Assembly: GCA_018061825.1 (NCBI GenBank)
Contig: JAGOTK010000002.1
Location: forward strand, 100-64,099
Length of the DNA: 64,000 bases
Origin: Minisyncoccota bacterium
Lineage (GTDB): Bacteria; Patescibacteriota; Minisyncoccia; Phycocordibacterales; UBA5272
Direction of reading: 5' to 3'
Each line of letters begins with the position of its first letter. Position 1 is the stretch's first letter. Below, in pieces: positions 25,701-36,418 of the stretch. Position numbers and translations under genes: made by a program. A model generated the notes under the pieces. The model made no database searches. It worked only from the letters and a program-made list of their open reading frames with translations, and was not told where the DNA came from.

Positions 25701-26822
25701 ATGTCATTATCTATCGGAATCGTAGGTTTACCAAATGTTGGTAAATCAACATTGTTTAACGCATTAACAAAAAATAGTGTTCCTGCTGAAAACTACCCAT
25801 TTTGTACTATTGATCCATCAGTAGGGATAGTAGAAGTACAAGATGATAGACTCTATGCTCTTTCAAGAATGAGCAATACAAAAAAGATAGTTCCAGCAAT
25901 CGTAGAATTTGTAGATATTGCAGGACTTGTAAAAGGAGCGAGTGAAGGAGCTGGGCTTGGAAATAAATTTTTGCAACATATTCGTGATACAGATGCAATA
26001 CTTGAAGTGGTTAGAATATTTGAAGATGACAAACAGATCCATGTTGAAAATAGAATTGATCCATTGCTTGATATAGAGATAATTAATTTAGAGTTAATTC
26101 TCGCTGATCTTTCTACTGTTTCTAAAAGACTTGAGACTATAGAAAAGGATGTAAAAAAAGGAGACAAATCAGCAATTAAATTTAAATCTATTTTAGAAAA
26201 AATAAAAAGTATTCTAGAAAATGAAAAATTGGCAAGGACTATTTTAAATCTTGAAGAGATAATAAAAGATGTAGAAGCTGTTAAGTTATTAAAAGAAATT
26301 CATCTCATTACTATGAAGCCTATACTTTATGCTTTAAACAAAAAAGCAGGAGCAAAAAATATCGATGAAATAAATGATGAGAGGTATGAAAAGCTTTTAG
26401 ACTATTTTAAAGAAAATAATTTTAACTATTGCAAGATAGATGCAAAAGTAGAAGATGAATTAAAAGATTTTGAAGGAGAAGAAAAAGAATTAATGAGAAA
26501 TGAGATTACTGGAGGTGTAGACGATGACGGTATTAAAAGTTTAATAAAAGAAGGATACAAAATGCTAGGCCTTGAGACATATTTTACAACAGGGGAAGTG
26601 GAGACTCGTGGCTGGACAATAAAGAAAAATTCTACAGCTCCGGTCGCAGCTGCTGCGATACACACAGATTTTCAAAATAAATTTATCAGAGCTGAAGTCG
26701 TAGCTTGTGAAGATCTACTCGAAAGTGGAGGCTACAAAGTCGCAAAAGAAAAAGGCTTAGTCCGCACCGAAGGAAAAGAATATATTGTAAAAGATGGTGA
26801 TGTTATAGAGTTTAGAATATAA
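25701..26822 (+). CDS. ychF: Ribosome-binding ATPase YchF/Ola1
   Basis: GIVGLPNVGKSTLFNALT; C-terminal TGS domain; length 373 aa. Confidence 0.85.
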   Translation: MSLSIGIVGLPNVGKSTLFNALTKNSVPAENYPFCTIDPSVGIVEVQDDRLYALSRMSNTKKIVPAIVEFVDIAGLVKGASEGAGLGNKFLQHIRDTDAILEVVRIFEDDKQIHVENRIDPLLDIEIINLELILADLSTVSKRLETIEKDVKKGDKSAIKFKSILEKIKSILENEKLARTILNLEEIIKDVEAVKLLKEIHLITMKPILYALNKKAGAKNIDEINDERYEKLLDYFKENNFNYCKIDAKVEDELKDFEGEEKELMRNEITGGVDDDGIKSLIKEGYKMLGLETYFTTGEVETRGWTIKKNSTAPVAAAAIHTDFQNKFIRAEVVACEDLLESGGYKVAKEKGLVRTEGKEYIVKDGDVIEFRI

Positions 26823-27083
26823 AAAAACCGCAAGATTTTTGTGTCTGATACATCGGTATGTATTTCCAACTTTTCCCTCGCCAGTACTAAGTGGTCGACT
26901 CTTGCAGTTTCAATATCATTTCCCCTCATTAATGATTCTAGACTCATTTAATTGGCTAGAAAGATATTTTATTACTTCCTTTATAAGGAACTAGATACAT
27001 ATTACTATTTTATTAAGATTTATGCAATTTGATTTATTTCTGATTTTATGATAATATTTGGAGATTAAATAAACTATAAATTT

Positions 27084-27314
27084 ATGAAGAAAGACATACA
27101 TGGAGAATATTTTGCTGATGCAGTGATAACTTGCGCTTGTGGTGCAAAGTATACTGTAGGCTCTACAAAAAATGAAATAGAGGTTGAAATTTGTTCAAAA
27201 TGCCATCCGTTCTACACAGGACAAGAGAAAGTTATGGATACAGCAGGAAGAGTTGATAAATTTAAGAAAAGAGTCGCAGCCGCAACAGTTAAAAAGACCA
27301 CAAAGAAAGATTAG
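27084..27314 (+). CDS. rpmE: 50S ribosomal protein L31
   Basis: MKKDIHGEY…CxxC…[10 protein letters not shown] zinc-ribbon L31 signature. Confidence 0.85.
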   Translation: MKKDIHGEYFADAVITCACGAKYTVGSTKNEIEVEICSKCHPFYTGQEKVMDTAGRVDKFKKRVAAATVKKTTKKD

Positions 27315-27395
27315 CTATTTTAAATAAAAACATTCACATAATTTTGATGAGTGTTTTTATTTTGCGTAAATAAGTTATAATTATAAAATAATTTT

Positions 27396-28373
27396 ATGGC
27401 ATACGAAGAAGAAGATTTTAAAAATAGTGATAAGACAAAATATACTTCTTATACAGTATATGAAGAGCTACTTAAAAAAGAAGAAGAGGCTAATTTTTTG
27501 CTTTCTGATCCAGAAATGAAAGAAATAGCAGAAGAGGAATTGAGAAATATATCTACACAAAAAGAAAATCTTTGGAAAGAGATGAGTGATGTTTTAGATA
27601 AAGAAAAAGTTGAAGAGGAAAAACCAAAAGCTATGATACTTGAGATTGCAGCAGGAGCTGGAGGTGACGAATCATCCCTTTTTGCAGCTGAGCTTGCAAA
27701 TATGTATCAAAATTTTGCTATTAAAAATAAGACTAGTTTTGAAAAGCTTGATGACAGTGTGTCTGATGTTGGTGGATACAAAGATGTGTCTTTCGAAATA
27801 AAAGGTGCAAATGCTTGGGATAATTTTAAATTTGAAATGGGGGTGCATAGAGTACAGAGAATTCCAGATACAGAAAAAAATGGAAGAGTACATACTTCTA
27901 CAGTCGTAGTGTCAGTCATGCCTATTAGAAAAATAAGAAACACTACTATCAATCCTGCAGATATAGAAATGGAGACTTCTCGTGCTGGTGGTGCTGGTGG
28001 ACAAAATGTAAATAAAGTAGAGACAGCAGTACGTCTTATTCATAAGCCTACTGGTATAGCAGTAAAATGTACGATAGAAAGAAGTCAGCTTAAAAATAGA
28101 GAGCGTGCAATGGAAATGCTTCAAGCTCGTCTTGATCAAATGGAGCAAGAAAAATTTAATAAAGAAAATGTAGACGCAAAGAGAGAGCAAGTTGGTACAG
28201 GAGATAGAAGTGAAAAGATTCGTACATATAATTTTCCTCAAGACAGGATAACAGATCACAGAATAAAAGAATCTTGGCATGGTATTTCAAAAATAATGCT
28301 AGGAGATATGGGATCAATAGTAGAAGCTTTGACAAATTTTAAAGGAGAATTTGGAAGTGATAATGAAGAATAA
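27396..28373 (+). CDS. prfA: Peptide chain release factor 1
   Basis: GGQ motif ([11 protein letters not shown]); RF1-type P-x-T tripeptide region (RIPDTE). Confidence 0.75.
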   Translation: MAYEEEDFKNSDKTKYTSYTVYEELLKKEEEANFLLSDPEMKEIAEEELRNISTQKENLWKEMSDVLDKEKVEEEKPKAMILEIAAGAGGDESSLFAAELANMYQNFAIKNKTSFEKLDDSVSDVGGYKDVSFEIKGANAWDNFKFEMGVHRVQRIPDTEKNGRVHTSTVVVSVMPIRKIRNTTINPADIEMETSRAGGAGGQNVNKVETAVRLIHKPTGIAVKCTIERSQLKNRERAMEMLQARLDQMEQEKFNKENVDAKREQVGTGDRSEKIRTYNFPQDRITDHRIKESWHGISKIMLGDMGSIVEALTNFKGEFGSDNEE

Positions 28374-28471
28374 TTCATTTGATTAAAATTTTATTTTAAA
28401 ACCTCATTTTTACAATTTTATATTGTTAAGTTTGATGTTTTTTTATTTAAAACATTTGCTATAATATACAT

Positions 28472-29239
28472 ATGAAAATACTTTTAGTAGAAGACAATGC
28501 AAAATTGAACGAAGCAATAAGAACATACCTTGATGAAAATGGTTTTGAGGTGGATGTTGCTTTTAATGGTGTGCAAGGTATATCAAAAGTAAAAGAACTT
28601 AAAAAAAAAGAAGAAGAATATGACGTTATTATTTTAGACAGAATGATGCCTCTCAAAGATGGTATTGAAGTATTGAGGGATATTAAAGATATAAGTATAT
28701 CTAGTGGGATTATAATGTTGACTGCTAAAGATACTATAGATGATAAAATTTTTGGTTTAGCAGAAGGTGCAGATGACTATATGGTAAAGCCTTTTAATGT
28801 GAAAGAGCTTATAGCGCGTATACATTCTTTATATAGAAGAAATTTAATAAAAAATGAGTTACCTAAAAATTTTTTATCAAAAGATAAGTCTTTTTCAGAT
28901 GATGAGATGAAAGAAAATAATATTCAAAATAAAAGAGAAAATAAAAAATATAATTTTATTTTTGATATAAATAAAAGTGAGATCTTTTTAGAAGATACAA
29001 AAAAAACTATCTGTCTTACAAACAAAGAAGCAAATATATTTGAAATATTATTGGAAAATCAACATGATTCAGTAAGTAAAGATTTTATTTTAGAAAAGAT
29101 ATGGAAAGAATCAGAAAAGCCTAGCAGTAGATTTGTAGATGTGCATGTGCATAATTTAAGAAATAAGCTCATAAAAGATAAATTTTCTGGTAGAATTGAA
29201 ACAATAAGAAGTGCTGGATACAAACTAATATTGGAATAA
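28472..29239 (+). CDS. OmpR-family response regulator (receiver + winged-helix)
   Basis: MKILLVEDN…DVIILDRMMPLKDG receiver; C-terminal wHTH. Confidence 0.75.
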   Translation: MKILLVEDNAKLNEAIRTYLDENGFEVDVAFNGVQGISKVKELKKKEEEYDVIILDRMMPLKDGIEVLRDIKDISISSGIIMLTAKDTIDDKIFGLAEGADDYMVKPFNVKELIARIHSLYRRNLIKNELPKNFLSKDKSFSDDEMKENNIQNKRENKKYNFIFDINKSEIFLEDTKKTICLTNKEANIFEILLENQHDSVSKDFILEKIWKESEKPSSRFVDVHVHNLRNKLIKDKFSGRIETIRSAGYKLILE

Positions 29240-29243
29240 ATAA

Positions 29244-30302
29244 ATGAAATTTAAAAATTACAAAGACAATCTTTTTACTTCCACAAGATTAAAATTAGAT
29301 TTGATAGCTTCTGTCTTTGTGTTTTTTGTCTTATCAACTTTTTCTTTTGTTGTTTATAAATTGTTGACACTAGATATTATTTATCAGATTTCTCCTGTTT
29401 TCAAAAATTCTAATATTGCCAATTATGTTAATGCTGATAAACTTTTTTCAGATTTTAGAGAGCAGACTGTGTTTCTTCTTATTGCTTCAGATTTAGTTAT
29501 ATTTATTTTGTCTATAATATTTTTTGATAGATTTGTAAAAAAAATGTTAGCACCTATTGAATATTTATCCTCAGTACAGAAAAAATTTGCAGAAAATGTA
29601 TCACATGAATTACGAACACCACTTTCTATTATAAATATGCATGGAGAAATATTGTCAGAAAAAATAGAAAAAGAAGAAAAAAATATCTTAGAAGATAAAG
29701 AAAAGTTTTTACCAAGTTTTAAAAAAGGAATAAATACAATTCTTGAAGAGGTGAAAACTATTACAAATCTTATCGACGATTTGCTTTTTGAAGCAAGAAT
29801 AAAATATTCAGAAGTAGAGACGGAAGAAGTGGAATTACAAAGAGTAAGAGAAATTTTAGAAAAAGTAATAGAAAATTTGTCAATCAATAAATCTTTAAAT
29901 GTAGAAATTCTTTTGACTATAAAAATAAAATCTTCTCATAAAGCTAAAATAAAAATGAACCCTCTTCATTTAGAAAGAATATTTAATAATCTTATTTCTA
30001 ATAGTCTAAAATTTACAGAATCTGGAAATGTTGAAATTGTACTTGAAGAATATCAGAAAAAATTTAAAAAAAATTTAAGATTATCTGTAATTGATACAGG
30101 TATAGGTATAAAAGAAAAAGATCTTAAAAGAATAGGCGAAAGATTTTTTAGAGGTGAAAATGCAGAATTTGAGACAGCGGGTACAGGTATAGGATTTGCA
30201 ATAGTGAAAGATTTAGTAAAAGATTATGGTCTAGATATGAGTATGGAAAGTAAAGAAAAAATGGGTACAAAAGTAATTATTCAGAATATTTTAATAGATT
30301 AA
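29244..30302 (+). CDS. Sensor histidine kinase
   Basis: H-box SHELRTPLS, N-box LISNSLKFT, G1 DTGIGI, G2 GTGIGFAIV; N-terminal TM segments. Confidence 0.75.
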   Translation: MKFKNYKDNLFTSTRLKLDLIASVFVFFVLSTFSFVVYKLLTLDIIYQISPVFKNSNIANYVNADKLFSDFREQTVFLLIASDLVIFILSIIFFDRFVKKMLAPIEYLSSVQKKFAENVSHELRTPLSIINMHGEILSEKIEKEEKNILEDKEKFLPSFKKGINTILEEVKTITNLIDDLLFEARIKYSEVETEEVELQRVREILEKVIENLSINKSLNVEILLTIKIKSSHKAKIKMNPLHLERIFNNLISNSLKFTESGNVEIVLEEYQKKFKKNLRLSVIDTGIGIKEKDLKRIGERFFRGENAEFETAGTGIGFAIVKDLVKDYGLDMSMESKEKMGTKVIIQNILID

Positions 30303-30327
30303 ATAATATAAATTACAATATAAAATT

Positions 30328-32055
30328 ATGGAAAATTTAAAAGGGTTTTTAGGACAAAATAATATAGAATATTCTACAGAGGAAGATATATTAGAAAAAA
30401 ATAGTGAAGATACAAGTCTTTTTAAGATTGTTCCAAAAATTGTAGTTTTTCCAAAAAATAAAGAAGAGATAAGTAAAATTTCGAGATTTGCAAATGAAAA
30501 TGTGGGTTTTAATATTACTGGTAGAAGTGGTGGTACAGATATGAGTGGTGGATCAATAAATGATTCTATTATTCTTTCTTTTACAAAGTATTTTAATAAA
30601 ATAATTTCTATAAATAAAAATAATAAAGAAGCAGTAGTAGAGCCCGGTGTATTTTATAGAGATTTTGAAGTGGAGACTTTAAAGCAAAATTTACTTCTTC
30701 CAAGCTTTCCAGCTTCTAGAGATATATGCGCTCTTGGGGGCATGATTTCTAATAATTCTGGTGGAGAATTAAGTCTTCAATACGGTCAGACTAAAAATTA
30801 TGTAGAAGAAATTGAATGTGTACTTTCAAATGGTGAGATTATGACAATAAAAGCTTTAAAAGAAAATGAGGTTATAAAAAAGATTGATGAAGCAAGTGAC
30901 GAATTTAAAAATACTTTAGAATATAAAATATACAATGATATGTATACTTTAATAAAAAATGAAAATAATCAACAAATAATAAAAAGAAATACTCCGATCA
31001 CATCAAAAAATTCTTCTGGGTATTTTCTTTGGGATTTGTTAAAAGAAAAAAAAGGAGAAAATATTTTTGATTTAAATAAAATAATTGTAGGTTCACAAGG
31101 GACTTTGGGGATATTAACAAAAGTAAAACTAAAATTGATAGAGCCTAAAAAACATACAAAAATGCTTTTGATATTTATAAAAGATTTAAAAGATTTAGGA
31201 AAAATAAGAAGTATTGTAATGAGATATAATCCAGAAAGCTTTGAAAGCTATGATGATCATACTTTTAAAGTGGCTATGAAATTTTTTCCAGCTTTAATAA
31301 AAAATATTTTTTTGAAAAATAAAAATAAAGGAAGCTTTGCATTGATAAAAATGGTATTTTCTTTTTGGAAAGAAGCGTTTTTAGTTTTAACATTTGGAAT
31401 GCCTAAACTTATTTTACTTGCAGAATTTACAGGTGATGATGAAGAAGAGATTTTAAACAGAGTAAACAAATGTGATGAAGAGATAAGTGATAATTTTACA
31501 AAGAACGTGAAGACAGAAATAGTGAAGACTGTGTATGAAGAAGAAAAATATTGGACAATGAGAAGGGAAAGCTTCAATCTTCTTCGTGAAAAAGTGAAAG
31601 GACTTCATACTGCTCCATATATTGATGATGTAGTAGTGCCAGGAGAAAAGCTTGAAGAATTTTTAGAAGAATTAATTCCAATTTTAGATAAATATGATTT
31701 ACTTTACACAGTAGCAGGGCATGTAGGAGATGGAAATCTACACATTATCCCTCTTATGAATTTTGACGATCCAAAAGTAAAAGAAAAGAATTTAAAGATC
31801 ATAAATGATTGTGGAATAGAAGTCTATAATCTTGTAAAAAAGTATCATGGATCTATCACAGCAGAGCATAATGACGGACTTATCAGAACTCCATTTTTAG
31901 ATGAGATATTTGATAAAGAAATGCTAGCTTTATTTAGACAAGTTAAAAATATATTTGATCCAAAAAATATTTTAAATCCTAGAAAAAAAGTATCTATACA
32001 TGAAGAAAATAGAAAAGATTTTGATGATAATCTTAAATTTGTAAAGTTTAAATAA
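30328..32055 (+). CDS. FAD-linked oxidase (FAD_binding_4/GlcD-like dehydrogenase)
   Basis: N-terminal FAD-binding domain (…RSGGTDMSGG…); length 575 aa. Confidence 0.6.
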   Translation: MENLKGFLGQNNIEYSTEEDILEKNSEDTSLFKIVPKIVVFPKNKEEISKISRFANENVGFNITGRSGGTDMSGGSINDSIILSFTKYFNKIISINKNNKEAVVEPGVFYRDFEVETLKQNLLLPSFPASRDICALGGMISNNSGGELSLQYGQTKNYVEEIECVLSNGEIMTIKALKENEVIKKIDEASDEFKNTLEYKIYNDMYTLIKNENNQQIIKRNTPITSKNSSGYFLWDLLKEKKGENIFDLNKIIVGSQGTLGILTKVKLKLIEPKKHTKMLLIFIKDLKDLGKIRSIVMRYNPESFESYDDHTFKVAMKFFPALIKNIFLKNKNKGSFALIKMVFSFWKEAFLVLTFGMPKLILLAEFTGDDEEEILNRVNKCDEEISDNFTKNVKTEIVKTVYEEEKYWTMRRESFNLLREKVKGLHTAPYIDDVVVPGEKLEEFLEELIPILDKYDLLYTVAGHVGDGNLHIIPLMNFDDPKVKEKNLKIINDCGIEVYNLVKKYHGSITAEHNDGLIRTPFLDEIFDKEMLALFRQVKNIFDPKNILNPRKKVSIHEENRKDFDDNLKFVKFK

Positions 32056-32089
32056 TTTTTTTAAAAATTGTAATATTTTTGTTATAATT

Positions 32090-32524
32090 TTGTATTATAA
32101 AATATATAAAAATATGAATAAAAAATTAATCTTGGTTTTACTGGTATTAGTAGTTTTGGCTGGTGGTTTTTATTTTTTTAAATCAAAGTCATACAATAAA
32201 AGCTACGATATGTCAGAAAATAAAATTTCTGATTCAAATATGGATAATAACTCTACTAGCTCTTCTACAATAGTAGAAGCCTCATCTACTATTTATACTA
32301 TAGCTGATATATCAATGCATGCTTCAAAAGACAGCTGCTGGTCATCAATTGAAGGAAAAGTTTATGATCTTACAAGTTGGATAGGTAAACATCCAGGAGG
32401 AGATAAGGCTATTTTATCAATTTGTGGTAAAGATGGATCTCAAACTTTTGATGGAAAACATGGAATGGATCCAAAAGCGAAAGGGGTTCTTCCAAAATTT
32501 TATTTAGGAGATCTTGCTAATTAA
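32090..32524 (+). CDS. Membrane-anchored cytochrome b5-like heme-binding domain protein
   Basis: HPGG motif and flanking pattern (…KDSCWSSIEGKVYDLTSWIGKHPGGDKAIL…). Confidence 0.6.
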   Translation: MYYKIYKNMNKKLILVLLVLVVLAGGFYFFKSKSYNKSYDMSENKISDSNMDNNSTSSSTIVEASSTIYTIADISMHASKDSCWSSIEGKVYDLTSWIGKHPGGDKAILSICGKDGSQTFDGKHGMDPKAKGVLPKFYLGDLAN

Positions 32525-32550
32525 TAAAATAATTAATAAAATAAAAAATA

Positions 32551-32583
32551 AAAATCGAAACATAAAAATGTTTCGATTTTTTA
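32551..32583. terminator. Bidirectional terminator hairpin (aaatcgaaaca/tgtttcgattt)
   Basis: 11-bp inverted repeat plus T-run between convergent genes. Confidence 0.55.
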
Positions 32584-32600
32584 AATAATTTTGAATTTAA

Positions 32601-33101
32601 TTATTCAATTATTTCACTTTCTTTTAAATTATTATTTTCATTTTGAAATTCTATTTTTGTAGTATCTTTTATTAATATAAAAAATACTACATAGACTATA
32701 AATCCCACAAAAGCTCCAAAATTAAAATTCAAGATCTTATCACCAAGGGAAAAATAAAAAACAAAAGAAAATAAAATCATAAAGATAAAAGCACCAAGAA
32801 TGTTATCTAAAATACCTTTAGGCGAAAACCAATTTCCAGAAAAATCTTTAAGACTATCATTTTTGATTATTCTTATAATTAATGCCACGGAAATTAAAAT
32901 TATAAATGCGATTATAAAAAAAGAAAAAAGTTCAGCAGAGTTTGCAAAAGTCAATTTTTCATTTTTATTTTTCATCATTCTTATTCCTTCTTCTTCAATT
33001 CTATGTATGCCAGGTATCATTAGTAATGATAAAGATACAAGTGAAGATAAAGACTTTTTGGGATATTTTAAATTACCCCAGTTTTCTAAATTGTTTTCCA
33101 T
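32601..33101 (-). CDS. Hypothetical membrane protein (166 aa)
   Basis: ORF with three TM helices. Confidence 0.4.
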   Translation of the reverse strand: MENNLENWGNLKYPKKSLSSLVSLSLLMIPGIHRIEEEGIRMMKNKNEKLTFANSAELFSFFIIAFIILISVALIIRIIKNDSLKDFSGNWFSPKGILDNILGAFIFMILFSFVFYFSLGDKILNFNFGAFVGFIVYVVFFILIKDTTKIEFQNENNNLKESEIIE

Positions 33102-33238
33102 GTTTTGTCTTTTTATGGGTTTTGGAATGAATTTTTTACTAATATTAATATATCATTTATTTATAAATATGTCAAATCAATTTTGTGAAGGATTTTTTGT
33201 GATAAAATTTATTTATATAAATAATCTAATTAAAAAAT

Positions 33239-34315
33239 ATGAAAAATGTTGCAATAAATGGTTTTGGAAGAATTGGTAGAGCTTTTTTAAAGCTTGCTAT
33301 TACTAATCCTGATGTATTAAAAGAAGTAAATATAGTAGCTATCAATGATCTTGGAGATATCGAAAACATGATTTATCTTTTAAAACATGATTCTGTATAT
33401 AGACAGAAAGTATTTAAAAATATTGAAAGTAAAATAGTGAATGATGAAGAAAAATATCTAGTAGTCACACTTTTATCTGGTGAAGCAAAAGAAATTAGAT
33501 TTATAAGTGAAAAAGATACAGCTAAATTTGTTGAAAATAAAATCTGGGAAAAGTTGTCAGTTGATATAGTGGTAGAGTGTACTGGATTATTTATAAGCTA
33601 TGATAAATCTGAATTTCATTTAGACGCTGGAGCAAAGAGAGTTGTGATATCTGCTCCAAGTAAAGATGATAAAAACGCAATGCATAAATCTGAGACAGTA
33701 CTAATGTCTATCAATGAAGAAAAATTAAAGGATTGCAAGATAACAAGTAATGCATCTTGTACCACAAACGCATCTTCTCCTATCATTGCGATATTAGATG
33801 AAGCAATTGGAATTGAAAAAGCAATTTTAAATACAGTACATTCTTATACAGCTTCTCAATCAATCGTAGATGGTCCAAATAAGAAAGATTGGCGTGAAGG
33901 GAGAGCTGGGGCACAAAATATAGTGCCTTCTACCACAGGAGCAGCTATAGCTGTCACAAAAGCAATCATAAAAATGGAAGGATTGTTTGATGGTATTTCA
34001 ATTCGTGTCCCAAGTGTAGCAGGAAGTATTGCTGATATCACTTTTATTTCAAAAAGAAATACTAGTGTAGAAGAAATAAATAGAATTTTAGAAAACGCAT
34101 CTCACACAGACAAATGGAAAAATATTTTCGCAGCATCAAATGAAGAATTGGTAAGTACAGATATTTTAGGATTAAAATATGCAAGTATAGCAGATCTAAA
34201 AATGACAAAAGTAGTAGATGGAAATCTTGTAAAAGTACTTGCTTGGTATGATAATGAAATTGGATATACAAATACTCTTGTAGAGCATGTGATGAAAGTT
34301 TCTAGAATAATTTAA
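33239..34315 (+). CDS. gap: Glyceraldehyde-3-phosphate dehydrogenase
   Basis: NGFGRIGR Rossmann motif, catalytic SNASCTTN. Confidence 0.85.
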   Translation: MKNVAINGFGRIGRAFLKLAITNPDVLKEVNIVAINDLGDIENMIYLLKHDSVYRQKVFKNIESKIVNDEEKYLVVTLLSGEAKEIRFISEKDTAKFVENKIWEKLSVDIVVECTGLFISYDKSEFHLDAGAKRVVISAPSKDDKNAMHKSETVLMSINEEKLKDCKITSNASCTTNASSPIIAILDEAIGIEKAILNTVHSYTASQSIVDGPNKKDWREGRAGAQNIVPSTTGAAIAVTKAIIKMEGLFDGISIRVPSVAGSIADITFISKRNTSVEEINRILENASHTDKWKNIFAASNEELVSTDILGLKYASIADLKMTKVVDGNLVKVLAWYDNEIGYTNTLVEHVMKVSRII

Positions 34316-34381
34316 AAAATTAACTATGTAAAATATAAGGTATTTTTTATAGTATAATAAATATATAAACTTAAAAACATT

Positions 34382-34993
34382 ATGAAAATATATTTAGCTA
34401 CAGATCATGCTGGATTTGAATTAAAAGAAGCTATAAAGCTTTTTTTAGAAATTGAGAAAGATGAATTAAAAGATAATATTGAAAAATCTGGACAGGTAAT
34501 TTCAAATATAGAAATAGTAGATTTTGGAGCATACAAATACGAAGAGACTGATGATTATCCAAATTTTATTTCAGTATGTGCTGGAGCTTTATCTTCTGAT
34601 ATTTATACAGGGATAAAAAACAATATGGCTATTGTCTTTGGAGGATCTGGAGAAGGAGAGGTTATAGTGGCTGATAAATACAAAGGTATCAGAGCTGGAG
34701 TATTAAATAATGAAAATATGGAAATTGTAAGATTGCTTCGTGAGCATAATAATGCAAATATTCTTTCTATTGGAGCAAGATTTGTGAGTGAAGCTTTTGC
34801 AAAAGAAGCTGTAAAGGCTTTTTTGATAACAAAATTTGAAGAAAAAGATTCTGATAGTAAAATCTCAAGACATGAGAGAAGAATAGACGAGATAGAAGAT
34901 ATAGAGATTAGTGTAAATGCAAAAATAAATAAAGAAGAAATTGAAGAATTAAAAATATTTCAAGAAATGAGAGATGTTCGTAATGATAATTAA
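34382..34993 (+). CDS. rpiB: Ribose-5-phosphate isomerase B (RpiB/LacAB family) with ~55-aa acidic C-terminal extension
   Basis: MKIYLATDHAGFELKE N-terminus characteristic of RpiB. Confidence 0.65.
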   Translation: MKIYLATDHAGFELKEAIKLFLEIEKDELKDNIEKSGQVISNIEIVDFGAYKYEETDDYPNFISVCAGALSSDIYTGIKNNMAIVFGGSGEGEVIVADKYKGIRAGVLNNENMEIVRLLREHNNANILSIGARFVSEAFAKEAVKAFLITKFEEKDSDSKISRHERRIDEIEDIEISVNAKINKEEIEELKIFQEMRDVRNDN

Positions 34994-34997
34994 AAAT

Positions 34998-35723
34998 ATG
35001 AAAATAATACCAGCTATATTAGAATTAGAAAAAGAAAATATAAAAAATAAGATAAATTATCTTTCTACACTTAAAGAAAAATATGTTTTAGATTTTAATC
35101 TTATACAAATTGATTTTTGTGACGGAGATTTTGTGGAAAATAAAAATTGGCTACCACAAAATACTGCTGAATTAAAAGAAATTGTAGATTTAGAAAAGAA
35201 TTTCAATATAGAGGCACATTTGATGTGTAAAGATACAAAAAAATACTTTGATATCTGTAAAGATGCTGGTATTAAAAATATCATTATACATGTAGATAAT
35301 TTTTTAGATTCAGATAGAGAAACTTTTTTAAGTATTTTAACAGAAAGTGCAGATACTAAAATAAATCTAGGATTATGTTCAAAGTTGCCTTTAATGAGAG
35401 AAAGAGGGGAGGAAATATTATCCTTATTTGGAAGTAATAGATCTCAATTTACTGAAAGTGATTTTTATTTACAAGTGATGGGCATAGAAAATATAGGAAG
35501 ACAAGGAGAGCCTTTTGCAAAAGAAAGTATATCTGTGATACAAGCAGCTAGAGATTTATTTCCTGAAGAAGAATTAAAAATAAGTGTAGATGGAGCTGTA
35601 AATGAAAATACTTTTAGTATATATAAGCAAGCAGGAGCTAGCTCTATTGTAGTAGGTTCTTATTTTTTGAAAGCTGAAGATGAAAATCAATTGATAGAAA
35701 GATATAATAAATTAAAATCTTAA
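34998..35723 (+). CDS. rpe: Probable ribulose-phosphate 3-epimerase
   Basis: TIM-barrel pattern (IIPAILE…QIDFCDGDFV…HLM…IIIHVD); start re-assigned to the ATG at 34998. Confidence 0.45.
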   Translation: MKIIPAILELEKENIKNKINYLSTLKEKYVLDFNLIQIDFCDGDFVENKNWLPQNTAELKEIVDLEKNFNIEAHLMCKDTKKYFDICKDAGIKNIIIHVDNFLDSDRETFLSILTESADTKINLGLCSKLPLMRERGEEILSLFGSNRSQFTESDFYLQVMGIENIGRQGEPFAKESISVIQAARDLFPEEELKISVDGAVNENTFSIYKQAGASSIVVGSYFLKAEDENQLIERYNKLKS

Positions 35724-35758
35724 TTTAGGATTTTTTATTATGATATAATATCTTCATT

Positions 35759-36415
35759 ATGAAGACTTTGAGTGAAGATGAGTTTGATATTTTAAATAGA
35801 ATAGTCCAAGATGTAAATATCACTATAGATAGTAATTTTTTGTATTCTAAATTTTCAGACTCATTAAAGTCTTTATCTCCTATACTTGTATCTATTTATT
35901 TTAAAATCATGAATCATGATTCAAAAAATAGAAATTGGAAGAATAGAGACATGGTAATTCCTTTAAATGAAAAAGCAAATATAGTAAAAAATATTGTAGA
36001 AGTGCATGGAGATTACGCCTCACTTTCAGAGCTTAAAAACTATTTAAAAGATTATCATTTTCAGAATATTCCAAATACTTTGAGTGAAGCTATAGGATAT
36101 TATATTGCTCAAAAAGATATGAATGACAATCATAAAAAGTATTTTTTTACTTTAATGAATGAAAAAGATTTATTAAATAATTTTTCAACTCTTGAATATA
36201 TAGCTAAAAATAAGATAAAAAGAATAATTTCTATTGTTTACACAAGTCTAAGTAATAAAGAGTTAAATATAGAAAATAAAATAAATGGAAGACTTATGAA
36301 TATAGGATTTGATACTCTTGTGATAAATGGAAGCTCAGTATCTTCTGTGTGTGATGCTTTGATTTTTGCTAAAAAATTAGATAAGCCTACAATTATTTTA
36401 GCTAATTTAAACTAA
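35759..36415 (+). CDS. Highly divergent transketolase N-terminal-subunit-like protein
   Basis: Weak colinear similarity (…NRNWKNRDMV…, …GFDTLVINGSS…KPTIILANL); directly upstream of the transketolase C-terminal subunit. Confidence 0.35.
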   Translation: MKTLSEDEFDILNRIVQDVNITIDSNFLYSKFSDSLKSLSPILVSIYFKIMNHDSKNRNWKNRDMVIPLNEKANIVKNIVEVHGDYASLSELKNYLKDYHFQNIPNTLSEAIGYYIAQKDMNDNHKKYFFTLMNEKDLLNNFSTLEYIAKNKIKRIISIVYTSLSNKELNIENKINGRLMNIGFDTLVINGSSVSSVCDALIFAKKLDKPTIILANLN

Positions 36416-36418
36416 TTT

